DNA of 64,000 nt from Cyanobacteria bacterium J06626_4 (GCA_038523235.1 JBCBJQ010000016.1:22505-86504), one strand, 5' to 3'; numbered from the stretch's first letter, positions 20,307 through 31,057 are shown. Notes: generated by a model from the sequence alone, not told the origin. A program made the numbers and translations.

Positions 20307-21548
20307 ATGAGTGTTAAGCCAATGTCTCAAAGCTGGCTATCTCCCCTCTTTTTAGGGACAGCAATCTCTTTATCTTTATTGAGCGCAAGTTGTCGCTCAA
20401 CGCCGGAGGCCGAAGCTGCCGTCCCGGCGGTGCCGGTCAAACTCGAAACCTTACAGTCTGACGCGGTCAAAGACAGCTCCAAATTTGTCGGCAATCTTGA
20501 GGCCGTGCAAGTCGTAGAAGTGCGGCCAGAAATTCAGGGTCGCATTGAGCAGATCTTAGTCGATCCGGGGCAGGAAGTCGGCGCAGGACAGTCGGTGATG
20601 GTGCTCAAGCCCGATCAAACAGTGCCCAACTATGAAGGGAGTTTGGCTGGCGTAGATGTGGCGATCGGCAGCCGTGAGAACGCGGTTAAAGGTTTGGATA
20701 TTGCCAAAGCCCAGCTCGCGACAGCCCGCGCTCAGTTGGACCTTGATACCGTCAACGTCGCCCGCGCGCAACAGCTCGTAGAAGCCGGTGCCCTCGGCCA
20801 AATTCGCTTAGACGAAGCCGTAACTCAGCAAGAGGCCTCGCAGAATGCGGTGATTACGGCTGAAGAACAGGTCGCCGCCGCTCAGGTGCAAATTCAACAG
20901 GCCGATGCCGCCGTTCGTCAGGCCCAATCGCAGGCGGATGCCTCACTCATCAGTGTGGAATTTAAAGAGGTCGTAACGCCGATCGCGGGGATCGTTGATG
21001 ACCTACCCGTCAAACTGGGTGATTACGTGAGTACCGGTCAGTCAGTTGCGAAGGTGACTCAGCTCGATGCGCTTTTACTCAATCTACAGGTACCTTCAAA
21101 TCGTTCGGCGGAGCTGCGTACGGGGCTGACAGTCGAACTTTTAGACCCCGTTAGCAAAGCGCAGCTGACCACCGGTAGCCTGACCTTTGTTTCACCAACA
21201 GTTGAGGCTGAGGGGCAAACAATTTTAGCCAAGGCCCAGTTTCGCAACCCCGATGGCAACTTGCGCGATGGCCAAGTCGTTGAGGCCCGCATCGTTTGGG
21301 ATACTCAGCCCGGCATCTTGGTACCCACGACGGCGGTTACGCGGGTGGGGGGGCAAAACTTTGTGTTTGTTGTCGATGAAGAACCGGACGAAAGTGGTCA
21401 AGAAGTCGTGCGCTTAAGTCCCGTTGAGCTAGGCGATATTCAAGACGGTAATTATCAGGTGATGTCAGGGTTAGAGCAGGGCGATCGCCTAGCTGTTTCC
21501 AACATCCTTAAGCTCCGAGATGGTATTCCCATTCAGCCCGAGTCTTAA
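20307..21548 (+). CDS. RND efflux periplasmic adaptor (membrane fusion protein)
   Basis: Lipobox-like LSASC, lipoyl half-motifs, helical hairpin; upstream of an RND permease. Confidence 0.92.
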   Translation: MSVKPMSQSWLSPLFLGTAISLSLLSASCRSTPEAEAAVPAVPVKLETLQSDAVKDSSKFVGNLEAVQVVEVRPEIQGRIEQILVDPGQEVGAGQSVMVLKPDQTVPNYEGSLAGVDVAIGSRENAVKGLDIAKAQLATARAQLDLDTVNVARAQQLVEAGALGQIRLDEAVTQQEASQNAVITAEEQVAAAQVQIQQADAAVRQAQSQADASLISVEFKEVVTPIAGIVDDLPVKLGDYVSTGQSVAKVTQLDALLLNLQVPSNRSAELRTGLTVELLDPVSKAQLTTGSLTFVSPTVEAEGQTILAKAQFRNPDGNLRDGQVVEARIVWDTQPGILVPTTAVTRVGGQNFVFVVDEEPDESGQEVVRLSPVELGDIQDGNYQVMSGLEQGDRLAVSNILKLRDGIPIQPES

Positions 21549-21564
21549 TCGTGGATAAAAGATC

Positions 21565-24500
21565 ATGGGTCTGTTTTCAATTGCGACCAACTTTATTAAG
21601 CGCCCGGTACTGACGACCGTTTGCACCATCGTCATTTTGCTAGTGGGCGGCATCTGTATTCCCCTCTTACCAGTTAACTATCTGCCAGATATTTCGCCCA
21701 TTCAGATTCAGGTGCGGGGCGCTTACACCGGAGCCGATGTCGAAACGGTGGAAAGTACCGTCACCACGATTTTGGAGCGAGACATCACCGGGGTAGAGGG
21801 CATGGACTACATGACCTCTCAAAGCTATGCGGGCACCAGCAGTATTTCGGTCTACTTTCCCACCGGGGTTAATAAAGACATTAGCCAGGTCAACGTGCAA
21901 AACCGGGTGGCTCAGGCATTGCCAAAGTTACCCTCCCCGGTACAGCAGCTGGGGGTTTCGACCCGCGCCTCTTCCACCAGTATTTTGCTGGTGTATGGCA
22001 TCTACGCCGAAGCCGGTGAGTACGACGATATTTTTATCAGTAACTATGTTGATCTGAATATCACCGACGTCTTGAAGCGGGTGCCTGGGGTTGGGGACGT
22101 AAGCGTCTTTGGCTTGAAACAAAATGCCATGCGCCTCTGGATCGATCCCAACGCGCTAGCGGCCCGGCAGCTGACGATTTTGGATGTCAGCAATGCCCTC
22201 AAGTCGCAAAACGTGGTAATCGGTGCGGGCTCTATTGGTCGAGAGCCGGTGCCTGAAGGCCAAAATTATGAATTGCCGATTCGGATTAATGGTCGCTTTC
22301 AAGATGCCGCCGAATTTGAAAATTTAGTGATCAAAACCCTGCCAGACAGAACGCTGATCCGCTTTCGAGATGTGGGCTATGCCGAACTAGGGGCAGAGAA
22401 CTACATCAGCAATGCCCTAGTCAACGATCAGAAAGGGGTGGGTATCGCGATCTACCAGCTGCCAGGGAGTAACGCGCTTGATGTGGGCGATAACGTCAAA
22501 GCGGCCTTGGCTGACCTCAGCGAGAGTTTTCCGCCCGGATTAACCTCAGCCGTGGTGTATGACACGACGGAGTTCATTCAGGTTTCAATTGAAGAGGTGT
22601 TTATCACTCTTCTACAAGCCATTGGCTTGGTGATTTTGGTGATTTTCATCTTTCTGCAAGACTGGCGGACGACCATCATTCCGGCAGTGGCAATTCCCGT
22701 CTCGCTAATTGGGGCGCTCGGCTTTGCCTATATCTTTGGCTTTTCGTTGAATAGTTTGACGCTGTTTGGCTTGATTCTCGCCACGGGCTTGGTGGTGGAC
22801 GACGCGATCGTGGTCGTGGAAGCGATTACGACCAAAATTAACGAGGAGGGTCTGACACCAAAGCAAGCTTCGATTAGCGTGATGGATGAAATTGGGGGAG
22901 CGATCGTCTCCACTTCGCTGGTGCTGATGGCGGTATTTATTCCCGTAGCGTTTTTTCCCGGTACTACGGGACAGCTATACAAGCAGTTCGCGTTAATCAT
23001 TGCGTTTTCAGTGGCGGTATCCACCTTTAACGCTTTAAGTTTCAGCCCGGCGATGTCAGCGATTTTATTGCGATCGCAATCTGAAACAGCCGCCGATCAA
23101 GCCGCTGGCGGCGGGCCATTACACTGGCTGTTCGATAAATTCAACCAAGGACTGGCGTGGATTTCAGCCAAGTATAAAGCATCCGTCGCCGCCCTGATTC
23201 GCCTGCGGTACGTCGTCATGACGGTTTTTGTGGCCGGTCTTTTTGCCACGTTTTACATGTTCACGGCGGTGCCCGGTGGCTTCGTGCCCTCGGAAGATCA
23301 AGGGGTGATCATCGGGATTGTGCAAGCGCCCGATGGCGTCTCCGTGAGCTATACCGACAACGTCCTAGAATCAGTGATCGAGACCCTCAAAGATACGCCA
23401 GAAATTGAATCTTACTTTGTGGCCAGTGGCTCGGGTCTAGAAGGGGCTGGCCCGAACCAGGGAATATTCTTCGCCAAGCTCACGCCTTGGGATAATCGCA
23501 CCGGGCCTGGGCAGACGGTTACCGGCGTGCTGCAGCGCTTAAATGGGCAGTTTTTCCAAAACCAGGATGCCCGCGTAGTGGCCTTTAACCCGCCGCCGAT
23601 TCCGGGCTTTAGCGCCACCGGAGAATCAGAACTGCAGCTGCAAGATCGGACAGGCGGTAGCTACACCATTGATGACTTTTTGGCTGGAGCCAATGAGATT
23701 TTGGCGGTCGCCAACCAAAAGCCGGAAATTGGGACTGCCTATACCCAGTTCACCGCAGGGACGCCCCAGTTAGAAATCGACATCGATCGCAATCAGCTGG
23801 AGGCCCTCAATATTGATTTCCAACAGGCATTACAAACCGTTGGGGCCTCGGTGGGGTCGCAATATGTCAACGACTTTGTCTTAGGCACCCGCAGCTATAA
23901 AGTCTACGTCCAGGCCGAGGGAGACTATCGTGATGCCCCCGATGACTTGGAATCCCTGTATGTGCGATCGCGATCGGGCCAAATGGTGCCGATGAGCAAG
24001 TTGGCAACGGTCACACCGACCATTGGCCCGCAGATCATCACTCACTACAACGGCTATCGCTCCATCAAATTTCAAATGAGCGAAGCGGATGGCTACTCCA
24101 GCAGTCAGGCACTAGCGGCGATGGATGACGCCTTGGATGAAACACCCCAGCAGGGATTGGCGGCAGACTGGATTGGCTTGGCTAAAGAACAATTGGCCGC
24201 CGGCAGTTTGGGAGCGCTGGTGTTCCTCTTTGGCATCATCATGGTGTTCCTCACCTTGGCGGCCCAATACGAGAGCTATGTTGACCCCATCATCATTCTG
24301 TTAACGGTGCCCCTGGCAATGCTCGGGGCATTGTCCTTCATTGCGGCTCGTGGCTTGAACAATGACGTGTATGTGCAAGTAGCCTTGGTGATGCTGATTG
24401 GTCTCGCCAGTAAAAACGCCATTCTGATTGTGGAATTTGCCAATCAGTCCCGCGAGATGGGGATGACGATTGTACAATCGGCTCAGCGAGCCGCAGAAGA

Positions 24501-24870
24501 GCGGTTCCGACCGATTTTGATGACCGCAATTTCTTCTTTGGTCGGGTTCTTTCCGTTGGTCATTGCTACCGGGGCGGGCTCAGCCTCGCGTTGGGCAATT
24601 GGCACAGCTTTGTTTGGGGGATTGTTAGTGGCCACGGTGCTTAGTTTCCTCGTGGTGCCGGTGCTGTATGTGGTAATTAAAAGCCTCGAAGCACAGTTCC
24701 TCGGCGGCCAGAAGCCTCCGGGCAATTCGGATAGTGGCAGCTCTGGTAACGGCTTAGTCACGAATCCCGATGGCACCCTGACATTGTCCTCCCCCAACGG
24801 CACGGGCACTCATACCGAAACGGAAAGTCCAGCACCCACCCAGTTTCAGGAAGAGGACAACCCCGCTTAG
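21565..24870 (+). CDS. RND efflux permease (HAE1/AcrB family)
   Basis: FIKRPV, GLVVDDAIVVVE, GLASKNAILIVEFA, RFRPILMT. Confidence 0.95.
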   Translation: MGLFSIATNFIKRPVLTTVCTIVILLVGGICIPLLPVNYLPDISPIQIQVRGAYTGADVETVESTVTTILERDITGVEGMDYMTSQSYAGTSSISVYFPTGVNKDISQVNVQNRVAQALPKLPSPVQQLGVSTRASSTSILLVYGIYAEAGEYDDIFISNYVDLNITDVLKRVPGVGDVSVFGLKQNAMRLWIDPNALAARQLTILDVSNALKSQNVVIGAGSIGREPVPEGQNYELPIRINGRFQDAAEFENLVIKTLPDRTLIRFRDVGYAELGAENYISNALVNDQKGVGIAIYQLPGSNALDVGDNVKAALADLSESFPPGLTSAVVYDTTEFIQVSIEEVFITLLQAIGLVILVIFIFLQDWRTTIIPAVAIPVSLIGALGFAYIFGFSLNSLTLFGLILATGLVVDDAIVVVEAITTKINEEGLTPKQASISVMDEIGGAIVSTSLVLMAVFIPVAFFPGTTGQLYKQFALIIAFSVAVSTFNALSFSPAMSAILLRSQSETAADQAAGGGPLHWLFDKFNQGLAWISAKYKASVAALIRLRYVVMTVFVAGLFATFYMFTAVPGGFVPSEDQGVIIGIVQAPDGVSVSYTDNVLESVIETLKDTPEIESYFVASGSGLEGAGPNQGIFFAKLTPWDNRTGPGQTVTGVLQRLNGQFFQNQDARVVAFNPPPIPGFSATGESELQLQDRTGGSYTIDDFLAGANEILAVANQKPEIGTAYTQFTAGTPQLEIDIDRNQLEALNIDFQQALQTVGASVGSQYVNDFVLGTRSYKVYVQAEGDYRDAPDDLESLYVRSRSGQMVPMSKLATVTPTIGPQIITHYNGYRSIKFQMSEADGYSSSQALAAMDDALDETPQQGLAADWIGLAKEQLAAGSLGALVFLFGIIMVFLTLAAQYESYVDPIIILLTVPLAMLGALSFIAARGLNNDVYVQVALVMLIGLASKNAILIVEFANQSREMGMTIVQSAQRAAEERFRPILMTAISSLVGFFPLVIATGAGSASRWAIGTALFGGLLVATVLSFLVVPVLYVVIKSLEAQFLGGQKPPGNSDSGSSGNGLVTNPDGTLTLSSPNGTGTHTETESPAPTQFQEEDNPA

Positions 24871-24880
24871 GAGGTGACAG

Positions 24881-25135
24881 ATGAACTGGCGCAGAATGTT
24901 TTATACCGGTCTGATGAATACTGTCATTGGCGTCGGCCTGGGGTTAGTGATGGCGAATATTGCCGCGTCACCTTACACCAGCCGCAGCTATCAAAATCTC
25001 GATCGGCTTTATATGATCATCGGCGGCGGCGGTGGCTTTGCCCTGGGCTGGAGTTGGGAAGGCTTGCGGCAGCTCAAAGAAAAGCGCGATCGTGAAGAGC
25101 GCGAACTTGCCCAATCGGCTCAGTCAAAAGATTAA
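24881..25135 (+). CDS. small two-TM protein, likely co-transcribed with the RND pump
   Basis: AGGAGG RBS overlapping the RND stop codon; two hydrophobic helices and a charged tail. Confidence 0.7.
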   Translation: MNWRRMFYTGLMNTVIGVGLGLVMANIAASPYTSRSYQNLDRLYMIIGGGGGFALGWSWEGLRQLKEKRDREERELAQSAQSKD

Positions 25136-25294
25136 TATTGGCCAGTGGCAATCCCCATCTGACCTTGCAATCATCGCCGGATTGCCCAAACGATTCCTCA
25201 CCTTAGAGCACTCGCTAACAACCAACTTGGAGTTGCGGGACTGAGCCCACAGTCCAGAGTTAAACCGTCCACTCATGCCTTAGGAGAATCACCG

Positions 25295-25534
25295 ATGAAA
25301 ATTGAACGCTCTAGCCAACATGAATTGACGCCAGAAGAACAGACCCATTTAGAAAAGCTGCGAGAATTGGTGCAAGCGGCTTTAGCGGATGGCAAATTGT
25401 CAGAAACGGAGATCCAGCAGATTCGAGCCTTGATTCATGCCGATCATCAGGTGACGGTCGAAGAACTCGAAACGATTCGCACCACGGCTCAAGAGCTGTT
25501 GGGCGATGCCTTTTTAGAGTACGACTGGGGATAA
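25295..25534 (+). CDS. small hypothetical protein (ADG.LS..E, TerB/EF-hand-like repeats)
   Basis: AGGAGA RBS; 79 aa. Confidence 0.65.
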   Translation: MKIERSSQHELTPEEQTHLEKLRELVQAALADGKLSETEIQQIRALIHADHQVTVEELETIRTTAQELLGDAFLEYDWG

Positions 25535-25547
25535 ATCTAACGTCTCA

Positions 25548-26252
25548 ATGCCATTCAAACCTGGTCGTCGCTCCGTTGTTTCCCGACTGTTGGCTTTCCA
25601 ACAGTCAGAAACCAAGTTTTTCTATATCTTGGCGGCCTTGTTTCTGCTGATCATTGGCAACCCCATCTTGCCGAATCAAGGTTGGGGAGCCTACACAGTG
25701 AAGCTGCTACTCAACTTTGTCATTTTGTCGGGCATTGTCGCGGCCAATCATGAACAGCAGATCATTCGTCAGATGATGGCGTTGGGCGTGCTCACACTCT
25801 TACTCGACTGGTTATCGCTACTCGGCCCCCAGTGGCCCCCATTAGCGCTCATTGCCTTTGCGTTGTATTGCCTATTTGTGGCCCTCGTCACGATCTCCAT
25901 CATTATTCAAATTGCCCAGAGCCAGCAGGTGACGGGAAATGTTTTGTGTGGAGCGATCGCGGGCTATTTATTGATTGGCCTGACCGGCACCTTTCTCGCC
26001 CTCCTGCTAGAGCTGGCTCACCCCGGAGCCTTTGTTACCGGGGGTGTCGTGATCGACAGAGCCGATCTATTCAACGCGTTGATGTATTACAGCTTAGTGA
26101 CGCTATCCACCATTGGCTATGGTGACATTACACCGGCTGTGCCTGCGGCTCGTTCTCTATCGCTGCTGTTAGGGTTATCAGGGCAGATTTATCTCACAGT
26201 GCTCATCGCTCTGCTGGTCGGCAAATACTTAAATGATACCCGTCAAAAGTAA
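25548..26252 (+). CDS. potassium channel family protein (Ion_trans_2)
   Basis: YYSLVTLSTIGYGDITP selectivity-filter signature. Confidence 0.88.
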   Translation: MPFKPGRRSVVSRLLAFQQSETKFFYILAALFLLIIGNPILPNQGWGAYTVKLLLNFVILSGIVAANHEQQIIRQMMALGVLTLLLDWLSLLGPQWPPLALIAFALYCLFVALVTISIIIQIAQSQQVTGNVLCGAIAGYLLIGLTGTFLALLLELAHPGAFVTGGVVIDRADLFNALMYYSLVTLSTIGYGDITPAVPAARSLSLLLGLSGQIYLTVLIALLVGKYLNDTRQK

Positions 26253-26322
26253 GCCATGGCAGGCCTCTGAGTCTCAGGTGCGGTGAGTCCGACGGATGCC
26301 CTTAGCCCCCCAAAACGTCGAT

Positions 26323-27114
26323 TTATTCGACCACAAAGCCAGTTTCGACGTCGGTATCTTGGCCGTCCTGATCCAGCTTCTCCATTAACAGGTTGACGAT
26401 CACCACCGTAATGTTGTCACGCCCGCCGTGTTTCTTGGCGGAGTTGACCAGCGCCTGAGCGGCGCTCTCCACCGCTCTGATCGATTTGAGATGAGCGGCA
26501 ATAATGGTGTTGGGGAGTTCTTCCGTCAAGCCATCGCTGCAGAGAAGAAAGCGATCGCCCGGCTGCGCCTCGACCGCCTGCACGTCAATCCGATGCATAT
26601 CGGCTCGGCCCAGACATTGAGACAGCACGTGTCGCCAGGGATGATTGCGACTCTGATCGGGAGTCAGTTCGCCCTCTTTAACAGCCCGAGCAATCCAGGT
26701 GTGGTCTTCCGTGATTTGCACAATCTTCGGGCCGCGCAGCCGATATAAGCGAGAATCGCCGACATGGGCACACCAAATCGCCTGATCTTGATGTTCACGA
26801 AACATCAAAACGACAGCGGTAGTGCCCATGTCACCCCGCTCAGGATGCTGTCTCTGATCGGCCAAAATCGCTTTGTTGGCGAGATCGAGACCACGATGCA
26901 AGATGTCGGGGGTCGCCAGGGTTGAGTCCCAATGGTCCAGCAAAAATGAGCGAATGGTCGCGGTCGCAATACTACTGGCTTCTTGACCACCGGCATGCCC
27001 ACCCATGCCATCCGCGACGATAAAAAACCGCCCCTGCGGATCAACGTAATAAGCGTCTTGGTTGCTCGAACGCAACAGACCGGGGTCGGTCATTCCAGAA
27101 AAGATTAGCTTCAT
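26323..27114 (-). CDS. pphA: PP2C-type Ser/Thr phosphatase (PphA-like)
   Basis: NQD, VADGMGGHAGG, MGTT, HVGDSR, LLCSDGL, GGRDNITV; gene order as recalled for the Synechocystis sll1769-sll1771 locus. Confidence 0.8.
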   Translation of the reverse strand: MKLIFSGMTDPGLLRSSNQDAYYVDPQGRFFIVADGMGGHAGGQEASSIATATIRSFLLDHWDSTLATPDILHRGLDLANKAILADQRQHPERGDMGTTAVVLMFREHQDQAIWCAHVGDSRLYRLRGPKIVQITEDHTWIARAVKEGELTPDQSRNHPWRHVLSQCLGRADMHRIDVQAVEAQPGDRFLLCSDGLTEELPNTIIAAHLKSIRAVESAAQALVNSAKKHGGRDNITVVIVNLLMEKLDQDGQDTDVETGFVVE

Positions 27115-27132
27115 CGACCTGTCTTTCCCTCA

Positions 27133-29037
27133 CTAAGGCAGCCGATCAGCTCGTCCCATTTGCAGCATCAAACGCAACAGGGCAATGCCAGCAATTCCTG
27201 AAACGATAAAGGCCGCGATCGCGAGCCACAAGAATCCGTAAACCAATAGGATAGTCGCCGATAGCACAAAAGCTCCAACCAACAGCGTATAGTTGGTAGC
27301 CATATTGACGCTGCTGACCCGACGCAAGATGCGGTCAGTCTCGATGGAGCGCACGCGCACCCGCACATCGCCACGCTCTAGCTTGTCGAGCGTATCCTCC
27401 AGTCGCCGGGGCAGGCCAAAGGCGGTTGACCCCACCTGAGCGGCCTGTCGGCCCAATTCACCTAGCAGTGAATCGGTTGAATTCGACAAATCATTGTTAC
27501 TCATAAGCTTTGTGGCAAACGGCTTGGCCGCTTCCATAAAGTTAAAATTGGGATCTAATCCTTTGCCTACACCCTCTAGCGTCGAAAACGCCCGCATCAC
27601 AAACGTAAACGTGGCGGGGAATCGAAACGGCTGGCCGTAAGCAATCTCGTATAAATCATCACTGATTTCACTGACAGATTGCTCTTCAAAGGGTTTATCC
27701 ATCAGGTTGTCCAAAATATATTGGACAGACCGACGCACTGGCCCCATGTCATCCGACGCCGCTAAAGCCCCTAAATCAACTAAAGAGGAAACAACTAATT
27801 CGGCATCCCGTTGGGCGATTCCTATGAACGTTATCATAAGACGCTCACGGGTCATAGGCTGAATTTGTCCCATCATGCCGAAATCGTAAAAGATCAGGGC
27901 ACCTTCGGGACTCACCGCGATGTTGCCAGGATGCGGATCGGCGTGAAAAAAGCCGTCATCCAATAGCTGGTGTAAATAGGCCTTAGCGCCCAAGTGAGCC
28001 AGATTAGTCCGATCAAGGCCGGCTGCTTCCAGCGCTTCGTAATGGCTAATCTTGATACCGGGCATATATTCCAGCGTCAGCACACGGGGCGAGGCATAAC
28101 GCCAAAACACCCGCGGCACGCGGGTCCAGTCATGCTTCCGAAAATTGCGGCGAAAGGTGTCGGCATTCCGTCCTTCGTTGAGATAGTCAATCTCTTCCCA
28201 CAAAATGCGACAGCACTCTTCATAAATGCCGAGCCAATCGCGGCCACGGCCCCAATCGGGATGATTTTGAAAATAGACGGCAATGCCCCGCAGGATCGCC
28301 AAGTCAATTTTGAACAGTCGCTTCAGCCCCGGACGCTGCACCTTAACCACAACGTCTTCGCCGGAATGCAGCTGGGCTCGGTGCACCTGACCAAGACTCG
28401 CCGCCGCTAACGGAATCGGATCAAAATTTTGGTAGAGCTCAGCCAGGGGCTTACCAAAGTCAGCGGTGATAATTTCCTCCGCCAACTCATAGCTAAAGGC
28501 CGGTACCCGATCCTGCAGCTTGGAGAGTTCTTCCACATATTCTGCCGGAAACAAATCAGCCCGGGTTGAGAACAGCTGCCCCAACTTAATGAAGGTCGGC
28601 CCCAGATCCAAAAAAGTTTCGCGAATCCAAATGGCCTGCCTGCGTCGCCGGGTTGCCAACTTGTCCGGCGTCATCTCGCCAGCGTAGCTCCAGGACTTTT
28701 TGTAGAGCCAGCGAGCACCTAAAAACCGGAAGACAAATGACCAAATATCAGCGGAGCGCTTGACCCGAGAATAGCGCTTGCGATTCCAGCGATAGGCTTT
28801 GCCATCGGCGGCTGAGGGCCGAGTCGCGGTCGGGGCTAGTGATTGGGGTGGGAGTTCGGTTGCCGCTGGTGAGCCAACGGCCAAAGCGTGATCAGTCACC
28901 TCCATCAGCGCATGAGCATTCGCTTCGCCCCCTGACGCCAGCGTCGAAGCAGCCGATTCAGTCGATACTGAATGACCACCCGAGGCTTGCTCGGGTAGAG
29001 AAGATGAAGACGTGGCGGAATCGTAGGCGGCAGACAC
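27133..29037 (-). CDS. ABC1/AarF/UbiB atypical protein kinase
   Basis: LGPTFIKLGQ, AAASLGQVH, VVVKVQRP, FFHADPHPGN, DFGMMG. Confidence 0.93.
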   Translation of the reverse strand: MSAAYDSATSSSSLPEQASGGHSVSTESAASTLASGGEANAHALMEVTDHALAVGSPAATELPPQSLAPTATRPSAADGKAYRWNRKRYSRVKRSADIWSFVFRFLGARWLYKKSWSYAGEMTPDKLATRRRRQAIWIRETFLDLGPTFIKLGQLFSTRADLFPAEYVEELSKLQDRVPAFSYELAEEIITADFGKPLAELYQNFDPIPLAAASLGQVHRAQLHSGEDVVVKVQRPGLKRLFKIDLAILRGIAVYFQNHPDWGRGRDWLGIYEECCRILWEEIDYLNEGRNADTFRRNFRKHDWTRVPRVFWRYASPRVLTLEYMPGIKISHYEALEAAGLDRTNLAHLGAKAYLHQLLDDGFFHADPHPGNIAVSPEGALIFYDFGMMGQIQPMTRERLMITFIGIAQRDAELVVSSLVDLGALAASDDMGPVRRSVQYILDNLMDKPFEEQSVSEISDDLYEIAYGQPFRFPATFTFVMRAFSTLEGVGKGLDPNFNFMEAAKPFATKLMSNNDLSNSTDSLLGELGRQAAQVGSTAFGLPRRLEDTLDKLERGDVRVRVRSIETDRILRRVSSVNMATNYTLLVGAFVLSATILLVYGFLWLAIAAFIVSGIAGIALLRLMLQMGRADRLP

Positions 29038-29103
29038 TCAAACTCCCGGACAAGCGATTAAAAAAACAAAAACGGGTAGGCGCAAAAAGACAGTTGAACC
29101 TAG

Positions 29104-29427
29104 CTAGTTCAAAGATGCCCGATACTGTTGCAGAGTTGCGCGAACTTGAGCAATTTCGGCGCGCAAGTTATCGATCGTCGCTTGCAAATCTTGAGGACTA
29201 GCAGCAGCTCCGGGGGGCGTTGTGGTCGGGTCTTGAGCAACCGCCGACTCTTGCTGTTGGACGCGAGCCATCACCTCATCGGTGAAATTGCGCAAACTCT
29301 CTCGCTGCTCGGCATCAAATCGGCCCAGATTGCTCAGCGTTTCGGTCATTGATTGCTCGACCTGCTCAGCGATCGCCGTGGCTAAGGCGCGACCCATGAA
29401 AAAGGCATGGACGACAGGGCTACTCAT
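29104..29427 (-). CDS. DUF6825-like coiled-coil protein
   Basis: HAFFMGRALA...GRFDAEQRE...DLQATIDNLRAEIA; upstream of the ABC1 kinase. Confidence 0.75.
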   Translation of the reverse strand: MSSPVVHAFFMGRALATAIAEQVEQSMTETLSNLGRFDAEQRESLRNFTDEVMARVQQQESAVAQDPTTTPPGAAASPQDLQATIDNLRAEIAQVRATLQQYRASLN

Positions 29428-29535
29428 AATGTCACACTTTGTTACACCTCACGTCCAGATTATAACGTTGCTGGTCTAAAAGTCCGCTCTGTCTGCGGCA
29501 TCAAGTTTTTAGGGGTCATGGCGAAAACGCTGAAA

Positions 29536-30948
29536 TCAGCTTTCTGAAGCGACTCCAGGGTCTGGCATGGGCTTGAATTCGGTTTCCGTCAGGGCTTGCG
29601 GCGGGGGGGCGTTACCACCGGAAAGGCTGGTGGCATCGGGCGATACCGGTGACTTATCTAAGGGGGGTGGGGCAAAATCTTGGGGAATTTCGGGGGCGGG
29701 GAGCCGTTCGTTATCCAAAGGATCTGCTTCCAACGGGGGCGGTGGGACTTCGTCAGGCTCGACATTGCCGGGGAAAGGCGCTTCATTCGGCAACTCAGGC
29801 GCTGGCTCCGTGCCGACACCCGGTTCTGTCCACTCAGCGGCATTGGCGGGGGATTCCCACAGGGGTTCTTCGGGTAAGATTTCGGGCTCCTCGTACCACT
29901 CTTCGCGGGGGCGCGGGGTCGCGCTACCAGGCACAAAAGGCCCCTCAAAGTTGACATCGGGCGTGTCGCCTGACCAGTCGACTTGGGCCGGAAACGACTG
30001 CTGTGGATCAAGCTGCAGTGCCCCCGGCAAACTCGGCGCACTGAGTCGCCAGGTTGTGCCTAGGGTGACACCGGCGATCGCCGCGATGATCGCCGTGCCC
30101 GCTAGGGCCGGGTACACCTTCGACTGAGTTCGCGGCCTCCCTGGGGGTTGAGGGTGAGGTCGGGGCAATGCCCCCTGAGAACGGTGGGTGGGTGCGATCG
30201 CACTGGCATCGGGCAGTTGATCAAGCCACTGCAACAGCGTGAGAGCAGGGCCGTCTGGGGCCGCTTGTCGGCCTTGAATAATCGCCTCAGCAATGAGCGG
30301 ACTGAGGGTGGGCAACTGTTGACGCAGCCGTCGAGCCACGGCAGCCGCATCTTCAGGGGGGGGCAGTTCACCGGTCAAAAAGCTTTGTAGTAAATGCGCG
30401 CAGGCCGACACCGAACGACGGCAAGCAGCATCACCCACTGGGATACCCCCGGCATGATGCGGCAGACCGGTCAACGTAATGGCAGCCACTGAGCCTGATG
30501 CTGAGGGTGATAGCCAAACTCGATTGGGCGATAGGTCGAATCCCTCAAGGCCTTGTTGTTGCAGCCAATCAATGCTCTTAGCAATCTGGCGAATCGTCGC
30601 GAGGGCGCGCTTGGGAGACATCGGGGCAGGGGTTTCACAAATCGATGACCACGGCAGACCAATCGTCTGGTCAATGGCGAGACAGAGGGCTTGATCATCC
30701 CCTTTGAACAAGGTAAACGGATGGGGCAAAGGAGACAGCAGCGATGGGGCGATGCCTTCTAAGCGGGCGATGAGCTCAGACAGATCGGCGCTGCTCTCAG
30801 GTGACGAAACGGGCAACATCTGCAAAAAGACTCGCCGGCCGGTGACCACATGGGTCCCCCAGTAAAGATCACCATTCGGAGCTGCTTCTAGCAGCGCATC
30901 GACAATATAGTGACCATTTTGCAGCGCAGTCCCAGGAGCAAACGACAT
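29536..30948 (-). CDS. Hanks-type Ser/Thr kinase-like protein (degenerate) with TM helix and Pro/acidic tail
   Basis: GTALQNGHY.. start and DLSPNRV resemble Pkn2-type kinases; catalytic motifs altered. Confidence 0.65.
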   Translation of the reverse strand: MSFAPGTALQNGHYIVDALLEAAPNGDLYWGTHVVTGRRVFLQMLPVSSPESSADLSELIARLEGIAPSLLSPLPHPFTLFKGDDQALCLAIDQTIGLPWSSICETPAPMSPKRALATIRQIAKSIDWLQQQGLEGFDLSPNRVWLSPSASGSVAAITLTGLPHHAGGIPVGDAACRRSVSACAHLLQSFLTGELPPPEDAAAVARRLRQQLPTLSPLIAEAIIQGRQAAPDGPALTLLQWLDQLPDASAIAPTHRSQGALPRPHPQPPGRPRTQSKVYPALAGTAIIAAIAGVTLGTTWRLSAPSLPGALQLDPQQSFPAQVDWSGDTPDVNFEGPFVPGSATPRPREEWYEEPEILPEEPLWESPANAAEWTEPGVGTEPAPELPNEAPFPGNVEPDEVPPPPLEADPLDNERLPAPEIPQDFAPPPLDKSPVSPDATSLSGGNAPPPQALTETEFKPMPDPGVASES

Positions 30949-31057
30949 AGGCGGGGAAGAGTGATGGCAAACGAATGGTGAGCTTTAGATTCTCTTAATC
31001 TACCCTGTTGTGTTTCTGATATCAGATCAGGGCGACATCCAGTAGTCGCCTAGAACA

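Noticed and set aside
29567..30127. Gly/Ser-rich 186-aa ORF
   Set aside because: Antisense of the Pro-rich tail of the kinase-like gene
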